NCBI GenBank assembly: GCA_027365835.1 | Contig: DAHXLU010000109.1 | Location: 1,135 to 65,134, forward strand | Direction: 5' to 3' | From: Candidatus Dormiibacterota bacterium | GTDB taxonomy: Bacteria; Chloroflexota; Dormibacteria; Aeolococcales; Aeolococcaceae | Length of the DNA: 64,000 bases | Part shown: positions 17,313-27,416 of the stretch, piece by piece | Position numbering within the stretch: the stretch's first letter is position 1 | Layout of the letters: each line of letters starts with the position of its first letter | Position numbers and translations under genes: made by a program | The notes under the pieces: generated by a model | Told to the model about the DNA's origin: nothing | The model's input: only the letters and a program-made list of their open reading frames with translations | Databases searched by the model: none

Positions 17313-18107
17313 TTGGTTCTTGTTGGCACTCCCAGGTCCGCTGCGGCAACCGGACCCAAGCATGTAAGGGCGGCCATCTCGTACCGCAGGGACATCGGCA
17401 ACGAGCTCTGGGTGGTACGCGTCCGGCCAGAGGTGCCCATTCCGTTTGTCCCCGGGCAGTACGCCACTCTTGCGGTACGGGATGGCGACCGCATGATTGA
17501 GCGACCCTATTCGATGGTGTCTGCTCCCCACGAGGAGGAGCTTGAATTCTTCCTGGAAAGGGTAGATTCCGGGGCGCTCACTCCCCAGCTCTATGACGTG
17601 CCAGAAGGCGGAGAGGTCTGGATCCGGCCGCGTGCCAAGGGGCTGTTTCTGCGTGGCCTGTCAGGTTTTGATGCTCCAAGGATGCTGGTGGCGACAGTCA
17701 CAGGCATTGCTCCGTTTCTGAGTTTTATCAGGCACATGGGAATGCTTGCTGCTAAAGGAGAAGACTCAGTGGAGGATGCGCAACCACTTCTGGTGCTGCA
17801 TGGTGCCAGCAACAGTCTTGACCTTGTGTACCAGGAAGAGATGGAGCACTGGGCAGCAACGCTGCCCAATCTTGCCTATGTTCCAACCGTAAGTCGTCCC
17901 TGGGCAGAGCCGTCATGGACCGGAGAGGTCGGAAGGGTGGAGGATATCGCGCGGAAATATCTGGATCAGGCTGGGCTGGAACATGCAGCTGTGGAGATCT
18001 TTCTCTGCGGCAACCCCCAGATGGTTGACAAGATGCGGCAGCTGATGGTGCGCGCCATGGTTCCAGACTCCCATGTCAAGGAGGAGCAGTACTGGCGGGA
18101 AGACTGA
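17313..18107 (+). CDS. ferredoxin-NADP+ reductase family flavoprotein
   Basis: TTG start. FAD-binding RPYSMVS, NAD(P)-binding ATVTGIAPFLSF, and C-terminal LCGNPQMV. Confidence 0.8.
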   Translation: MVLVGTPRSAAATGPKHVRAAISYRRDIGNELWVVRVRPEVPIPFVPGQYATLAVRDGDRMIERPYSMVSAPHEEELEFFLERVDSGALTPQLYDVPEGGEVWIRPRAKGLFLRGLSGFDAPRMLVATVTGIAPFLSFIRHMGMLAAKGEDSVEDAQPLLVLHGASNSLDLVYQEEMEHWAATLPNLAYVPTVSRPWAEPSWTGEVGRVEDIARKYLDQAGLEHAAVEIFLCGNPQMVDKMRQLMVRAMVPDSHVKEEQYWRED

Positions 18108-18379
18108 GTCTTGATCCCTGCAGCCTTGTGTATATGCCAGGCCCGGACTCTCCCGTACATCCCTTACACTCGCAACATCAAGGGACAATGCAGACCTGGC
18201 ACAGCAGTATCTGTCTGTTGCAGTGCGCAAAAGAGCCTGCAGAAGGCAGCACTCCTCTCCTGTGAGTGCGCGGGCGGAGTAGCGTCACAGCGTTGGCCCC
18301 AGGTGATGGCAAGCTGGTACCATGGCCGGGTAGTCTGGAGATGCTCCAGTTTGTCAGTTAACTGTTCTAGAGGAAAGAC

Positions 18380-18676
18380 ATGCTCCACGTTATAGCTTTC
18401 ATTGTTATTGGCCTGGTGGCTGGGTATTCACTCGCTTCCTACCGCAAGATAGACACATCGGCCTATACCTGGCCCGTCATTGGCGGTGTCGTTGGCTCGC
18501 TGGTAGGCGGCTTCCTCTGGCTCAAGATATTTGGTGTACTGTCATTTGTTGGCAAGTGGGGATCGCTTGTTTTTGCCATAGTCGTGGCGGTGGCAGTCTG
18601 CTGGGCAGTGCTGACCAGGTTTTCTGCCGGCTCATCAACGCCATCTTCCTCCTCACCCCCTCCTGCTGCCAGTTGA
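18380..18676 (+). CDS. GlsB/YeaQ/YmgE-family small membrane protein
   Basis: 98 aa with three hydrophobic helices (MLHVIAFIVIGLVAGYSLA..., VIGGVVGSLVGGFLW...) and a Ser/Pro-rich tail. Confidence 0.6.
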   Translation: MLHVIAFIVIGLVAGYSLASYRKIDTSAYTWPVIGGVVGSLVGGFLWLKIFGVLSFVGKWGSLVFAIVVAVAVCWAVLTRFSAGSSTPSSSSPPPAAS

Positions 18677-18931
18677 TCCTGGCCCGGGCGGGCCAGGAGC
18701 GCCAGGGCGCTGACCGGTACTCTGTCTGAGGCAGGGAGCCACGGTGCCGACACCAGGGCCACTCTGTGGCTTTCTGGCCGCGTGCCTTGCAAGGCGAGGG
18801 CTGGCAGGCTGGCGCTCGGCCCTGGGGCAGGTGCGTGCGGCAGAACCAGCAGGGGTATGGGAGCTTCATAATCTGGTTTTGCGCAGTGGTTGGCGCACAG
18901 CGGGCCGCGGTAGCTGCGGTTTTTTCAGGAG

Positions 18932-19918
18932 GTGCACGGCATGGCTGTGGATGGAGTGGTAGTTGGAGTGGATCTTGGGGGAACCTCCATTCGTGCCGCG
19001 GTCGCGACCGGTGCGACCAGCCACGAGGAGGCTGTTGTTGGAGCCACGCCTGCTGCCCAGGGTTCTGACGCCGTTGTCGACGCTGTGGCTGCAGCTGTCC
19101 GCAAGGCAGCAGCTGGGCGTCCGCTTGCTGGCATGTCCATTGGCATTCCAGGACCACTCAGTCCTGCTGAGGGGATCGTGTACAGCGCCCCTCATCTTGC
19201 TGGCTGGGTCGACTTCCCCGCTCAGGCGGAGCTGGAACGGCGCCTTGGCTGCCCGGTTTCGATTCACAACGATGCAAGCCTTGCCGGGTACGCTGAGTTT
19301 GTAGCTGGGGCAGGCCGCAATAGCGACCCTATGCTCTTTATTACTGTCAGCACCGGGATAGGCGGGGCACTCATCTGCGGCGGTGAGCTGGCGGTGGGGG
19401 CTGCTGGAACCGGGGGTGAGGTGGGACATATGGTGATACAGAAGGGTGGTCCCACCTGTGCCGAAGGGCATCCGGGATGTCTGGAGGGCATCGCCTCAGG
19501 GACAGCCATTGCCAGGCAGGCGCGTGCAGCACTTGAGAAGGGAGAGCCGAGCTCTCTTTTGGGGGTTGATCCAGTGACGCTCAGTGCGGCAGATGTGGGA
19601 TCCGCTGCAGCTGCAGGAGATCCACTTGCACTATCCCTGTACGCAGCGGCAGGAGATGCTGTGGGAGAGGCGATTGGGGGCCTTATAAACCTGCTCAGCC
19701 CTGAGGTGGTGGTGGTTGGGGGGGGGCTGATTCATGCTGGGGATCTGCTGTTTGGTCCGCTCCGGAGCGCTATTCCCAGGATTGCCTTTCCTGTGCCGTA
19801 TGCGCGGTGCCGGGTTGTCGAAGCCGGTCTTGGCACCGATGCCGGTCTGGTGGGTGCTGTCGCCTGGGCTATGAAGATGCATTCAGGGGACATGGCCGGT
19901 ACCGCAGGCGTATCCTGA
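18932..19918 (+). CDS. ROK-family sugar kinase (glucokinase-like)
   Basis: VGVDLGGTSIRAAV phosphate-1 motif. ROK zinc motif GHMVIQKGGPTCAEGHPGCLEGIASG. Confidence 0.85.
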   Translation: MHGMAVDGVVVGVDLGGTSIRAAVATGATSHEEAVVGATPAAQGSDAVVDAVAAAVRKAAAGRPLAGMSIGIPGPLSPAEGIVYSAPHLAGWVDFPAQAELERRLGCPVSIHNDASLAGYAEFVAGAGRNSDPMLFITVSTGIGGALICGGELAVGAAGTGGEVGHMVIQKGGPTCAEGHPGCLEGIASGTAIARQARAALEKGEPSSLLGVDPVTLSAADVGSAAAAGDPLALSLYAAAGDAVGEAIGGLINLLSPEVVVVGGGLIHAGDLLFGPLRSAIPRIAFPVPYARCRVVEAGLGTDAGLVGAVAWAMKMHSGDMAGTAGVS

Positions 19919-19923
19919 TCCAC

Positions 19924-20859
19924 ATGGCAAAGTCCCGTGTAAGGCTTGGCAAGTCAGACCTTCTGGTCTCGCGCCTCTGTCTGGGTGGCAATGTGTTTGG
20001 CAGGTCTGCGGACGAGGAGAGCAGCTTTGCTGTGCTTGATGCCTATTATGCGGCAGGGGGGAATTTTGTTGACACAGCCAACATCTACGCATCCGGGAGA
20101 TCCGAGGAGATTGTGGGCCGCTGGCTTGCCGCCCGGAAACCTGCTGGCGTTGTCATAGCTACCAAGGTTGGCCTTCATGTTGCCGAGCATGCTCTGTCCC
20201 GGCAGGAGATTCGCAAGGAGGTGGAAGGGTCGCTTCGACGCCTCGGAATAGAGACGATCGATCTCTACTACGCCCACAAGGATGACCCGGACATACCGCT
20301 GGAAGAAACGATGACTGCATTCGGGGAGCTTGTGGCGGAGGGCAAGGTACGCTATCTTGCCGGCTCCAACTACAGTGCTGACCGGCTGGCCCAGGCCCTG
20401 GAGGTGAGCCGCGCTCTGGGCGTCCCAGAGTTTGTTGGCCTCCAGCCCCACTACAACCTTATGGAGCGGACCGAGTATGAGGGAGCCTTGGCAGACCTCT
20501 GTGCCCGCGAACAGCTTGGTGTGATGCCGTACTACGCTCTTGCCCAGGGTTTCCTGACAGGAAAATATCGCAAAGGGGTAAGGGTGGAGAGCAGTCATGC
20601 CGAGGCCGCGCTCCGGTATCTGGATCCAGTGGGTGAGGCTGTTCTCTCCGCCCTGGACCAGATCTCTGCGCAACGAAAGGTCGCACCTGCAGCAGTTGCA
20701 CTGGCGTGGCTGGCTGGCCAGAAGGCGGTCGTGGCGCCGATTGCCAGTGCCCGCACAGTATCGCAGCTTTCTGATCTCATTCCGATGATGGAGCTTGAGC
20801 TTGCCGATGCTGAAATGGAGCAGCTATTGCTTGTGAGCAGCCAGCGGGTGTCAGCGTAG
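19924..20859 (+). CDS. aldo/keto reductase
   Basis: ORF 19807..20859. ATG 19924 gives MAKSRVRLGKSDLLVSRLCLGGNVFG. Motifs DTANIYASGRSEEIVG and IDLYYAHKDD. Confidence 0.9.
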   Translation: MAKSRVRLGKSDLLVSRLCLGGNVFGRSADEESSFAVLDAYYAAGGNFVDTANIYASGRSEEIVGRWLAARKPAGVVIATKVGLHVAEHALSRQEIRKEVEGSLRRLGIETIDLYYAHKDDPDIPLEETMTAFGELVAEGKVRYLAGSNYSADRLAQALEVSRALGVPEFVGLQPHYNLMERTEYEGALADLCAREQLGVMPYYALAQGFLTGKYRKGVRVESSHAEAALRYLDPVGEAVLSALDQISAQRKVAPAAVALAWLAGQKAVVAPIASARTVSQLSDLIPMMELELADAEMEQLLLVSSQRVSA

Positions 20860-21014
20860 CTGGTCTGTCGCTGTTCAGTTACACAGTCTGTCGCCATTGT
20901 CCGTCCGCAGTCCATGGCCCGGCAGTATTATGCAGTCTGGTCCGCAGCAGAAGGGTGGCCCGGTTGTAGCCACAAACTGCCAGGCGCGGCCCTAACCCAT
21001 GACATGAGGGACGT

Positions 21015-21788
21015 ATGGGAGCGATGGTAGACGAGTCGCCAGCACTGGAGAGTCCAGCGGATAGCTGGGTGCAGCATGAAGCCAACAAGGGTTCTACCTG
21101 GCAGTGGTGGGTAAAGGTCCAGTTTCGTTCTCCTGCATCGCTTTTTGAGTGGTGGTGGCGCGCAGTTGGCACCAGCGTTGCGTATGAGGGTGCACTCCTC
21201 CACAGCGGCACCGGATTTCTCCGGCACCACCGCATGGAGAGACTGGCCGGCTTTATAAACCGCGGCCTGCACCTGGACAACCCGGACTGGGATTACACCA
21301 GTCGCATGGGTTGGCCACGCGGTTTGGCGGCCAATCTTGTGTTCCTACCGCTGGCACTGGTCCTGTCTCCTGTGGTCTGGGGGCTCGGGTTGCTGGCGAT
21401 GTGCCTCTTCAAGGACAACCTTGTCTATGGGGGTGTACCGCACCCAATCTCTACCAGTCTTCCCGAATCGCTGACCGCAGGGTTGACCCCGGAAGGCGTT
21501 GCTGAATGCTCTCCGCCAGCCATTGCTGGGCGCAGCACTCCAGGTTTGCGCCCGGCTTCCGATAGCCCAGCGCCAGACGCTGTAGGCGCGCGACCTGTTG
21601 TCGACACCGGCAAGATGATCAATGGGAGTGATGCCGTTGCAATCATGGGACGCACCGCCTTGCAGGAGGCCCAGTCCGTGCGCAGCCCTGAGGCAGGCGC
21701 AAGCGCGCTGTTTTCTGGTGCCGCCCGGGCCACTCGACTTTCCTCCCCTGTACGCGCCGCTACCGGCCACGGCCGTGGCCTAGAGTAG
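21015..21788 (+). CDS. hypothetical protein with one central hydrophobic segment
   Basis: 257 aa. Trp-rich N-terminal part, a TM-like stretch (LAANLVFLPLALVLSPVVWGLGLLAMCLF) and a low-complexity tail. No family recognised. It ends 28 nt before the next gene. Confidence 0.35.
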   Translation: MGAMVDESPALESPADSWVQHEANKGSTWQWWVKVQFRSPASLFEWWWRAVGTSVAYEGALLHSGTGFLRHHRMERLAGFINRGLHLDNPDWDYTSRMGWPRGLAANLVFLPLALVLSPVVWGLGLLAMCLFKDNLVYGGVPHPISTSLPESLTAGLTPEGVAECSPPAIAGRSTPGLRPASDSPAPDAVGARPVVDTGKMINGSDAVAIMGRTALQEAQSVRSPEAGASALFSGAARATRLSSPVRAATGHGRGLE

Positions 21789-21816
21789 CGCAGGGCAACT
21801 GAAGTATGGAGACGAA

Positions 21817-23055
21817 ATGACTGCACAGGCCAAGCCCCCCGCCAAAACCCCCATTGAACACGTAGTAATCATCATCCAGGAGAACCACACCTACGACAAC
21901 TACTTTGGGCGCTATCCCAAGGGAGATGGCGATCCCACACTTCCCCATGCAGACAATCCACCCAGATATACCATGCCGTTTTCGCCAACACATGGACACT
22001 GGAGCTGGAAGTATCGGGAGTGGATGGGAGCCCGTGAGCAGTATTGTGGGCTCGACCTTCCGCTTTATTACGAGTATGCCAAGGGTGGCGTTCTGCACGA
22101 CCGCTTCTTTACCGATGTGGCGGGGCCGTCGATTCCCAATCATATGTTTGCGTTCGCTGCCAGCTCGGGGGATCTGCTGAACAACCCACGGCCAGCAATC
22201 ATCCGCTGGATAACCCGCGACCGGACCGTGATGCCTCCGTTCAATGTTCCAACCCTGCCAGAAAACCTGGAGAAGGCTGGCCTGACCTGGGTGAATTTTG
22301 GCGACACCGCTCCATACAACTTTACCGGTACCCGGGCCTCAAAAAACAACGTGGCATCAGAGCTCTTCTCTGGTACTGCTGAGGCTGGCCGGCTGCCCAC
22401 CGTATCCTGGCTGGTGGCACCGAACATGAGTCTCAACGAGCACCCACCCTCCAATCTCTTTGCTGGTCAGGACTGGCTGGGGACACAGGTGGATGCCGTG
22501 GTGAAGGGTGGCCTTTGGGAAAAGACTGCAATCATCATCTTCTGGGATGACTGGGGTGGTTATTTTGATCATGTGACTCCACCCCTCATTGAGAAGTGGT
22601 CGGTGGACAAGTCCTCCCACTACCGTCTTGGTTCCAGGGTTCCCTGTCTCACTATTGGTGGCTATGCCCGTCCTGACTATGTGTCCAGCGTGCCTGTGTC
22701 CCAGTCCTCGATAGTGAAATGGATTGAAGACATCTTCGGGCTCCCCTACCTGAACCAGCGGGACCGGACGGCAAACAGTTTTGCCGACGCATTTGATTTT
22801 CAGCAGGCACCCAATCCTGCCCCACCGGCCCACGGCGCAATACTTGCTGCCGCAGCCCCTGTGGCGCTGAAACATGTCGCCGAGATTCGTGCCCAGCATC
22901 GTTACCGTCGCCCACAGGTGGCAGCCTTGCGAGGGAGTGGGCAGGAGAGGACACCTTCCCGACCCAGCCTGCTGGACCAGAACGGCCGTCCCATCTCGAC
23001 TGGTGCTTCAGCGGAGCGCACCGCGCCTGGAACTGGGAGCGGCCTGGGGCTATAG
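21817..23055 (+). CDS. phosphoesterase-family protein (phospholipase C / acid phosphatase AcpA type)
   Basis: N-terminal IEHVVIIIQENHTYDNYFG signature of the phosphoesterase family. No obvious signal peptide. Confidence 0.85.
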   Translation: MTAQAKPPAKTPIEHVVIIIQENHTYDNYFGRYPKGDGDPTLPHADNPPRYTMPFSPTHGHWSWKYREWMGAREQYCGLDLPLYYEYAKGGVLHDRFFTDVAGPSIPNHMFAFAASSGDLLNNPRPAIIRWITRDRTVMPPFNVPTLPENLEKAGLTWVNFGDTAPYNFTGTRASKNNVASELFSGTAEAGRLPTVSWLVAPNMSLNEHPPSNLFAGQDWLGTQVDAVVKGGLWEKTAIIIFWDDWGGYFDHVTPPLIEKWSVDKSSHYRLGSRVPCLTIGGYARPDYVSSVPVSQSSIVKWIEDIFGLPYLNQRDRTANSFADAFDFQQAPNPAPPAHGAILAAAAPVALKHVAEIRAQHRYRRPQVAALRGSGQERTPSRPSLLDQNGRPISTGASAERTAPGTGSGLGL

Positions 23056-23307
23056 GCCAGTCCATCCACCTTGCGCCCCGCACAGCATGGTTCTTGCCGG
23101 TTTTTGTGCCAGGGACCAGGCTCTTCATGTCACCCGTCTGTGTGCGCCTGGACACTCCAGAAGGGCCCCACCCACTGGTCCATTGGGCCGCAGCGTTGCC
23201 CCCTTATGTGATAGGCTCACGGGGATATATAAGATCTATAGTGTTCAGATATATGAACCATCGGAGCGCTATACGTCGAAGGCTGCTTTCAGGGAGGTGC
23301 TGTACCG

Positions 23308-25539
23308 ATGGGAAGAATCCGGGGATCCCTTGGAATTGTTGGCGGTGTGATTGTACTGGGGACGTTTTCCCTCACCTCCCTGTCCGCTGCTGCATCAACC
23401 ACATCAACCACCCTTTATGTCGCCACGACAGGAACCAACAGCGGCAACTGCCAGTCGGCTGCCACCCCGTGTCTTACCATCCAGTACGCTGTGGGCCAGG
23501 CTGAAGCCGATGCTGGTGCCGTCACCATTGAGATTGCTGGGGGGACCTATCCAGAGCAGGTGACGGTTGCACCTACCTCCGCTTCTCCCATGACCTCCCT
23601 GACATTGCAGGGGCCCACCTCGGGGTCTCCAGCAGTTGTCAAGCCGTCTGCACTGGTCCAGAACATCTTTGAGACCAGGACCAGCTACGGCTTTGATGTT
23701 AATACAGGAAATGTTTCAGCGATCATAGGAGTCCAGACCGGGTCGGTCGATACCGCTGTGGGCAGCACCACCATCGCCCCTGTGCCTGCTTCGGTGACGG
23801 TAGCAAATCTTGCAGTCGACGGGGGTGGGCTTCCCGATGTAGCTCCTGCAATTCCCTGGGCAGGCATTGCGTTTATTGATACAAGTGGCAATGTCGACAA
23901 TAACGTGATCCAGAACATCCAGATTCCGGCCGCCATGGGGGATGCGTCAGCAGTGGGTATTGCAGTCAAGAGCACTGCCGCCGCACAGACTGTGGGAATT
24001 GCGCACAATGTCCTTTCCCCGCATGCAGGATTTGTTTATGTGAACCTGATCGGAGGAACCCCGGGTTCGCTTTCGGCAACCGTGACAGGCAACACCATTG
24101 TGGGTGATCCGACATTGGCCTCTGCGCAGTTCGGGATTACCGCTGGTGGCTTGAGCAGCCTCAATCTCAGTGGAAACACCGTCTCCTATTTCCAGTCGCC
24201 CTACGACGTTGGAGCCATCTGGCTGGAGCGGCAGGCTTCCGGTGCATCATGCAGCGTTACTGGCAACAATCTCATCGCCAACGATGATGGTGTGGATGTA
24301 CGCGGCGCAGCTGGATGCGTCATCTCCAGGAACACAATTACTGCGGGGGCTGCGGGCATCGAGATCGGCTCTGGGTATTCTGCAACAACAGCAGAGAGCA
24401 TCAATACCGTTGTCAGTGGAAATATGATCAGCGGCACTCCCACTGCGGCTACCTACAAGTGGTATTCAGGCGCGGCCACTGTGGCCGGAGCGCCGATAGT
24501 TGGCGTGCTGGTCTGGGACGGTACTGGCAGTTCCATAACAGGTAACGGGATTGGGGGTTTTGTCAGCGATGTGTATGTTGGCAATGATCCTGTCTATAAC
24601 AACAACACGGCTACCTGGGGGTCTGGGGGGGCTCCTGCTGGCAACAGCATTTCAGGAACCACTGTGTCTGCCAATAGCCTTGGAACACCCGCCGCCGCAA
24701 AGTCAGGCAGTGGGGTTTCCAGCTATGGTGTTGCCTGCCTCAACAGCGCTGGGGAATGTACGGCTACACCGCTGAATGCAAAGGACAACTGGTGGGGTTC
24801 AGCTTCGGGCCCAGGACCCGTGGCGGCAGGCGCTGGAGTTCCGGTGTCAAAGAACGTGGACTATTCCGCCTGGTGCACAACTGCATCATGCATAGTCGTT
24901 CCAGCTCCCGGAAAGGGCTACTGGCTGGTAGCTGCGGATGGCGGCATCTTCCCATTTGGTGATGCCGGAGGATATGGCTCAACCGGTAACATCACACTGA
25001 ACAAGCCCATGGTTGGCATGGCATCCACTCCCAATGGAGAGGGGTACTGGCTGGTAGCTGCAGATGGCGGCATCTTCCCGTTTGGCAACGCCGTAGGCTA
25101 CGGCTCTACTGGAGGCATGAAGCTCAACACCACAATAGCTGGAATGGCTGCTACTCCAGATGGAGCGGGATACTGGCTGGTCGGTGCTGACGGGGCAGTA
25201 TTCCCGTTCGGTGACGCTGTGAACTATGGCTCAATGGCAGGGCAGTACATCAGCGCACCTGTTGTCGGGATTGTGTCCACTCCAGATGGCAAGGGCTACT
25301 GGATGGTTGGCAGCGACGGCAACGTGTATGCGTTTGGTGACGCTGTGAGCTATGGCTCAATGGCAGGGCAGCATCTCAACAAGCCGGTGGTCGGCATGGC
25401 TGCAACTCCAGATGGCAAGGGCTACTGGCTGGTGGCTGCGGATGGCGGTATCTTCCCATTTGGTGATGCCGGAGGATATGGATCAACCGGCAACATCACA
25501 CTGAACAAGCCCATGGTTGGTATGGCGGGCGTCGCCTAG
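23308..25539 (+). CDS. secreted protein: right-handed beta-helix region plus five C-terminal 42-aa blade repeats
   Basis: Signal peptide MGRIRGSLGIVGGVIVLGTFSLTSLSAAAS. The long Gly/Asn/Thr/Val-rich region has parallel beta-helix (PbH1/NosD-like) character. It is followed by 5 x GYWLVxxDGGxFxFGDAxxYGSxxx...PxVGMAxTPDG. Confidence 0.8.
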   Translation: MGRIRGSLGIVGGVIVLGTFSLTSLSAAASTTSTTLYVATTGTNSGNCQSAATPCLTIQYAVGQAEADAGAVTIEIAGGTYPEQVTVAPTSASPMTSLTLQGPTSGSPAVVKPSALVQNIFETRTSYGFDVNTGNVSAIIGVQTGSVDTAVGSTTIAPVPASVTVANLAVDGGGLPDVAPAIPWAGIAFIDTSGNVDNNVIQNIQIPAAMGDASAVGIAVKSTAAAQTVGIAHNVLSPHAGFVYVNLIGGTPGSLSATVTGNTIVGDPTLASAQFGITAGGLSSLNLSGNTVSYFQSPYDVGAIWLERQASGASCSVTGNNLIANDDGVDVRGAAGCVISRNTITAGAAGIEIGSGYSATTAESINTVVSGNMISGTPTAATYKWYSGAATVAGAPIVGVLVWDGTGSSITGNGIGGFVSDVYVGNDPVYNNNTATWGSGGAPAGNSISGTTVSANSLGTPAAAKSGSGVSSYGVACLNSAGECTATPLNAKDNWWGSASGPGPVAAGAGVPVSKNVDYSAWCTTASCIVVPAPGKGYWLVAADGGIFPFGDAGGYGSTGNITLNKPMVGMASTPNGEGYWLVAADGGIFPFGNAVGYGSTGGMKLNTTIAGMAATPDGAGYWLVGADGAVFPFGDAVNYGSMAGQYISAPVVGIVSTPDGKGYWMVGSDGNVYAFGDAVSYGSMAGQHLNKPVVGMAATPDGKGYWLVAADGGIFPFGDAGGYGSTGNITLNKPMVGMAGVA
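24916..25536 (+). repeat. five in-frame tandem 126-bp (42-aa) repeats
   Basis: Repeat units start at 24916, 25042, 25168, 25294 and 25420. Units 1 and 5 are identical over 36 aa, with 6 synonymous DNA differences. Confidence 0.9.
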
Positions 25540-25773
25540 GAAGAAACAGCGGTTCGCTGGAAGAAGGCTGGGGGTCTAACTCTCCAGAGGGCCGGCACCG
25601 CGGCTCCAGGAGGCATGTCTGTCGGCGGGTTGCGGTCGGCAGGGGAACGGGAATTCGTGGCTCTGCCCACTCGGGAAGCTGCAGGGCCCCTGCCTTTTGG
25701 TAGCTTCGGCGGGCGTCGTTGAGCAGGGGTCGGTTTGCTTGTGCCCAGGTAGCGCCGCAGCAGGGGAACCAGT

Positions 25774-27051
25774 TCAGTTTGCCTCGGCTGCGGGACTGGC
25801 CCCCGATGGTTCCATTGCCGCGATTGCTGGAGTATGTGCTTCCCGTTGCACAAACAGGATAACTACAAGCCCTACACCCAGCGCTGTGATTCCCCCGGAA
25901 GCGACACCCCACCGCGCTCCGAGCAGCTGGGCAATCCAGCCCACCAGTGGTGCACCGACTGGAGTGCTACCCATCAGGGCTATGGAGTAGAGCGCCATAA
26001 CCCTGCCGCGCATCTGCCGGCTGGAGCGCAGGAGCAGGTTGGTGCTAACCAGGGCCGAGAAGGCAATCCCGGCTGCTCCGGTCGGGATGAGGAAGATGGC
26101 TGCCATGGCAATCCCTGGAGAGGCAGCTGCGCCCAGCATGAACAAGCCAAAAAGCGCGGCCAGTACGGCAATGGCCCGCGTCGAGACGGTACGGCGGAGG
26201 CTCGCAACGAGCAGGCCCCCAGCCACAGATCCTGCTCCCTGCACCGAAAGCAAAAGACCGTATCCAGCCGCCCCATCATGGAAGGTGGAGCTTGACAGCA
26301 GCGCCAGGCTGACCTGGAACTCGAAGGTCATTGCCCCTATGAACAGCATCATCAGCAGGAGCGTTCGAAGCGTTGGGTTGCTCCATGCATAGGCGATTCC
26401 CTCCCTGACCTGTCCGCGTGCGGTCGATATCTTTTCCCGGAGGTTCAGCTCACTTGTGCGCATCATGAGGAGGGCAGCGATTGCGGCCAGATAGGAGATG
26501 GCGTTGGCAAAAAAGCAGGGGGCAATTCCTGCCCCGGCAATGAGCGCGGCCGCAACGCCTGGCCCTACCATGCGGGTTGCGTTCATGACAACACTGTTAA
26601 GACTGACCGCATTGGAGACCATTTTTGCTCCGACCATGTCAACCACAAAGGCTTGCCTGGTGGGGTTGTCAATTGCGTTTACGCAGCCAAGCAGGAGGGC
26701 AAGCAGATACACCAGGGGGATGGTCGCAAGACCTGTGGCAGTAAGGACGCCCAGGATGGTAGCCAGCAGTCCAAATATTACCTGCGTGACCAGCAACAGC
26801 TTGCGCTTGCTGACCCGGTCTGCGATCAGGCCCCCATAGGCGCCCAGCAGGAGTACGGGGAGAAACTGCAGGGCCACTACTGTCCCGAGTGCCACCCCGC
26901 TATGGGTAAGCTTTAGCACCAGCCAGGCCTGGGCAACCGTCTGGGTCCAGGTTCCAGTCACTGAGATTATCTGGCCCACAAAGAACAGTCGGTAGTTGCG
27001 AATACGCAGCGAGGGGAAGGTGCGGTCCAGTAATCGGCTGGCGGTTTTCAA
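25774..27051 (-). CDS. MFS transporter (EntS/macrolide-efflux-like subfamily)
   Basis: 425 aa with about 12 hydrophobic helices. The N-terminus FPSLRIRNYRLFFVGQIISVTGTWTQTVAQAWLVL is typical of this MFS subgroup. Confidence 0.85.
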   Translation of the reverse strand: MKTASRLLDRTFPSLRIRNYRLFFVGQIISVTGTWTQTVAQAWLVLKLTHSGVALGTVVALQFLPVLLLGAYGGLIADRVSKRKLLLVTQVIFGLLATILGVLTATGLATIPLVYLLALLLGCVNAIDNPTRQAFVVDMVGAKMVSNAVSLNSVVMNATRMVGPGVAAALIAGAGIAPCFFANAISYLAAIAALLMMRTSELNLREKISTARGQVREGIAYAWSNPTLRTLLLMMLFIGAMTFEFQVSLALLSSSTFHDGAAGYGLLLSVQGAGSVAGGLLVASLRRTVSTRAIAVLAALFGLFMLGAAASPGIAMAAIFLIPTGAAGIAFSALVSTNLLLRSSRQMRGRVMALYSIALMGSTPVGAPLVGWIAQLLGARWGVASGGITALGVGLVVILFVQREAHTPAIAAMEPSGASPAAEAN

Positions 27052-27127
27052 TGGGGGTCCCTAAACTCTCTGGCGTACGGGGCAGCACAGCGCAGAAGCC
27101 AGGATGCCTGGCTCCTTTGGTGCCGTG

Positions 27128-27199
27128 CTGGGGAGGCAGGGTTCGAACCTGCGAATGGCGGATTCAAAGTCCGCTGCCTTACCACTTGGCGACTCCCCA
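27128..27199 (-). tRNA. tRNA-Gln (anticodon TTG), CCA not encoded
   Basis: The reverse complement reads TGGGGAGTCGCCAAGTGGTAAGGCAGCGGACTTTGAATCCGCCATTCGCAGGTTCGAACCCTGCCTCCCCAG. U1:A72, anticodon loop CT-TTG-AA. The architecture matches E. coli tRNA-Gln. Confidence 0.95.
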
Positions 27200-27416
27200 C
27201 TGTACCGATATGGTACATCCCGGTAAGAGCTCTCCCCAAGCCGATCATCTGCCTCCTATGTCCTGCTTTTGCCTGGACTAAGCGCCTGGGCACCCCCTCA
27301 TGTTTCTGGCGCACGTCTCTCTCCATCTGGGTCTGACTGGCTCGTTCGCGGCACAGGAGCCACCTCTCTCCCGTGTCCGGCGAGACCGCCGTACATCTCC
27401 GTATACTTGCCCTTAC

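Noticed and set aside
19718-19726. G9 homopolymer inside the ROK kinase gene (also G8 at about 62558-62565, and T8 runs at about 5903 and 58747)
   Set aside because: All are in frame, and the G9 run encodes the conserved GGG of the kinase. There is no evidence of frameshifting. They are noted only as potential sequencing-error or slippage sites.
27200-27216. GTACC-GATAT-GGTAC inverted repeat abutting the 5' end of tRNA-Gln
   Set aside because: The arms are only 5 bp and the repeat lies in a divergent promoter region. It may be fortuitous or a processing signal, and the evidence is insufficient.
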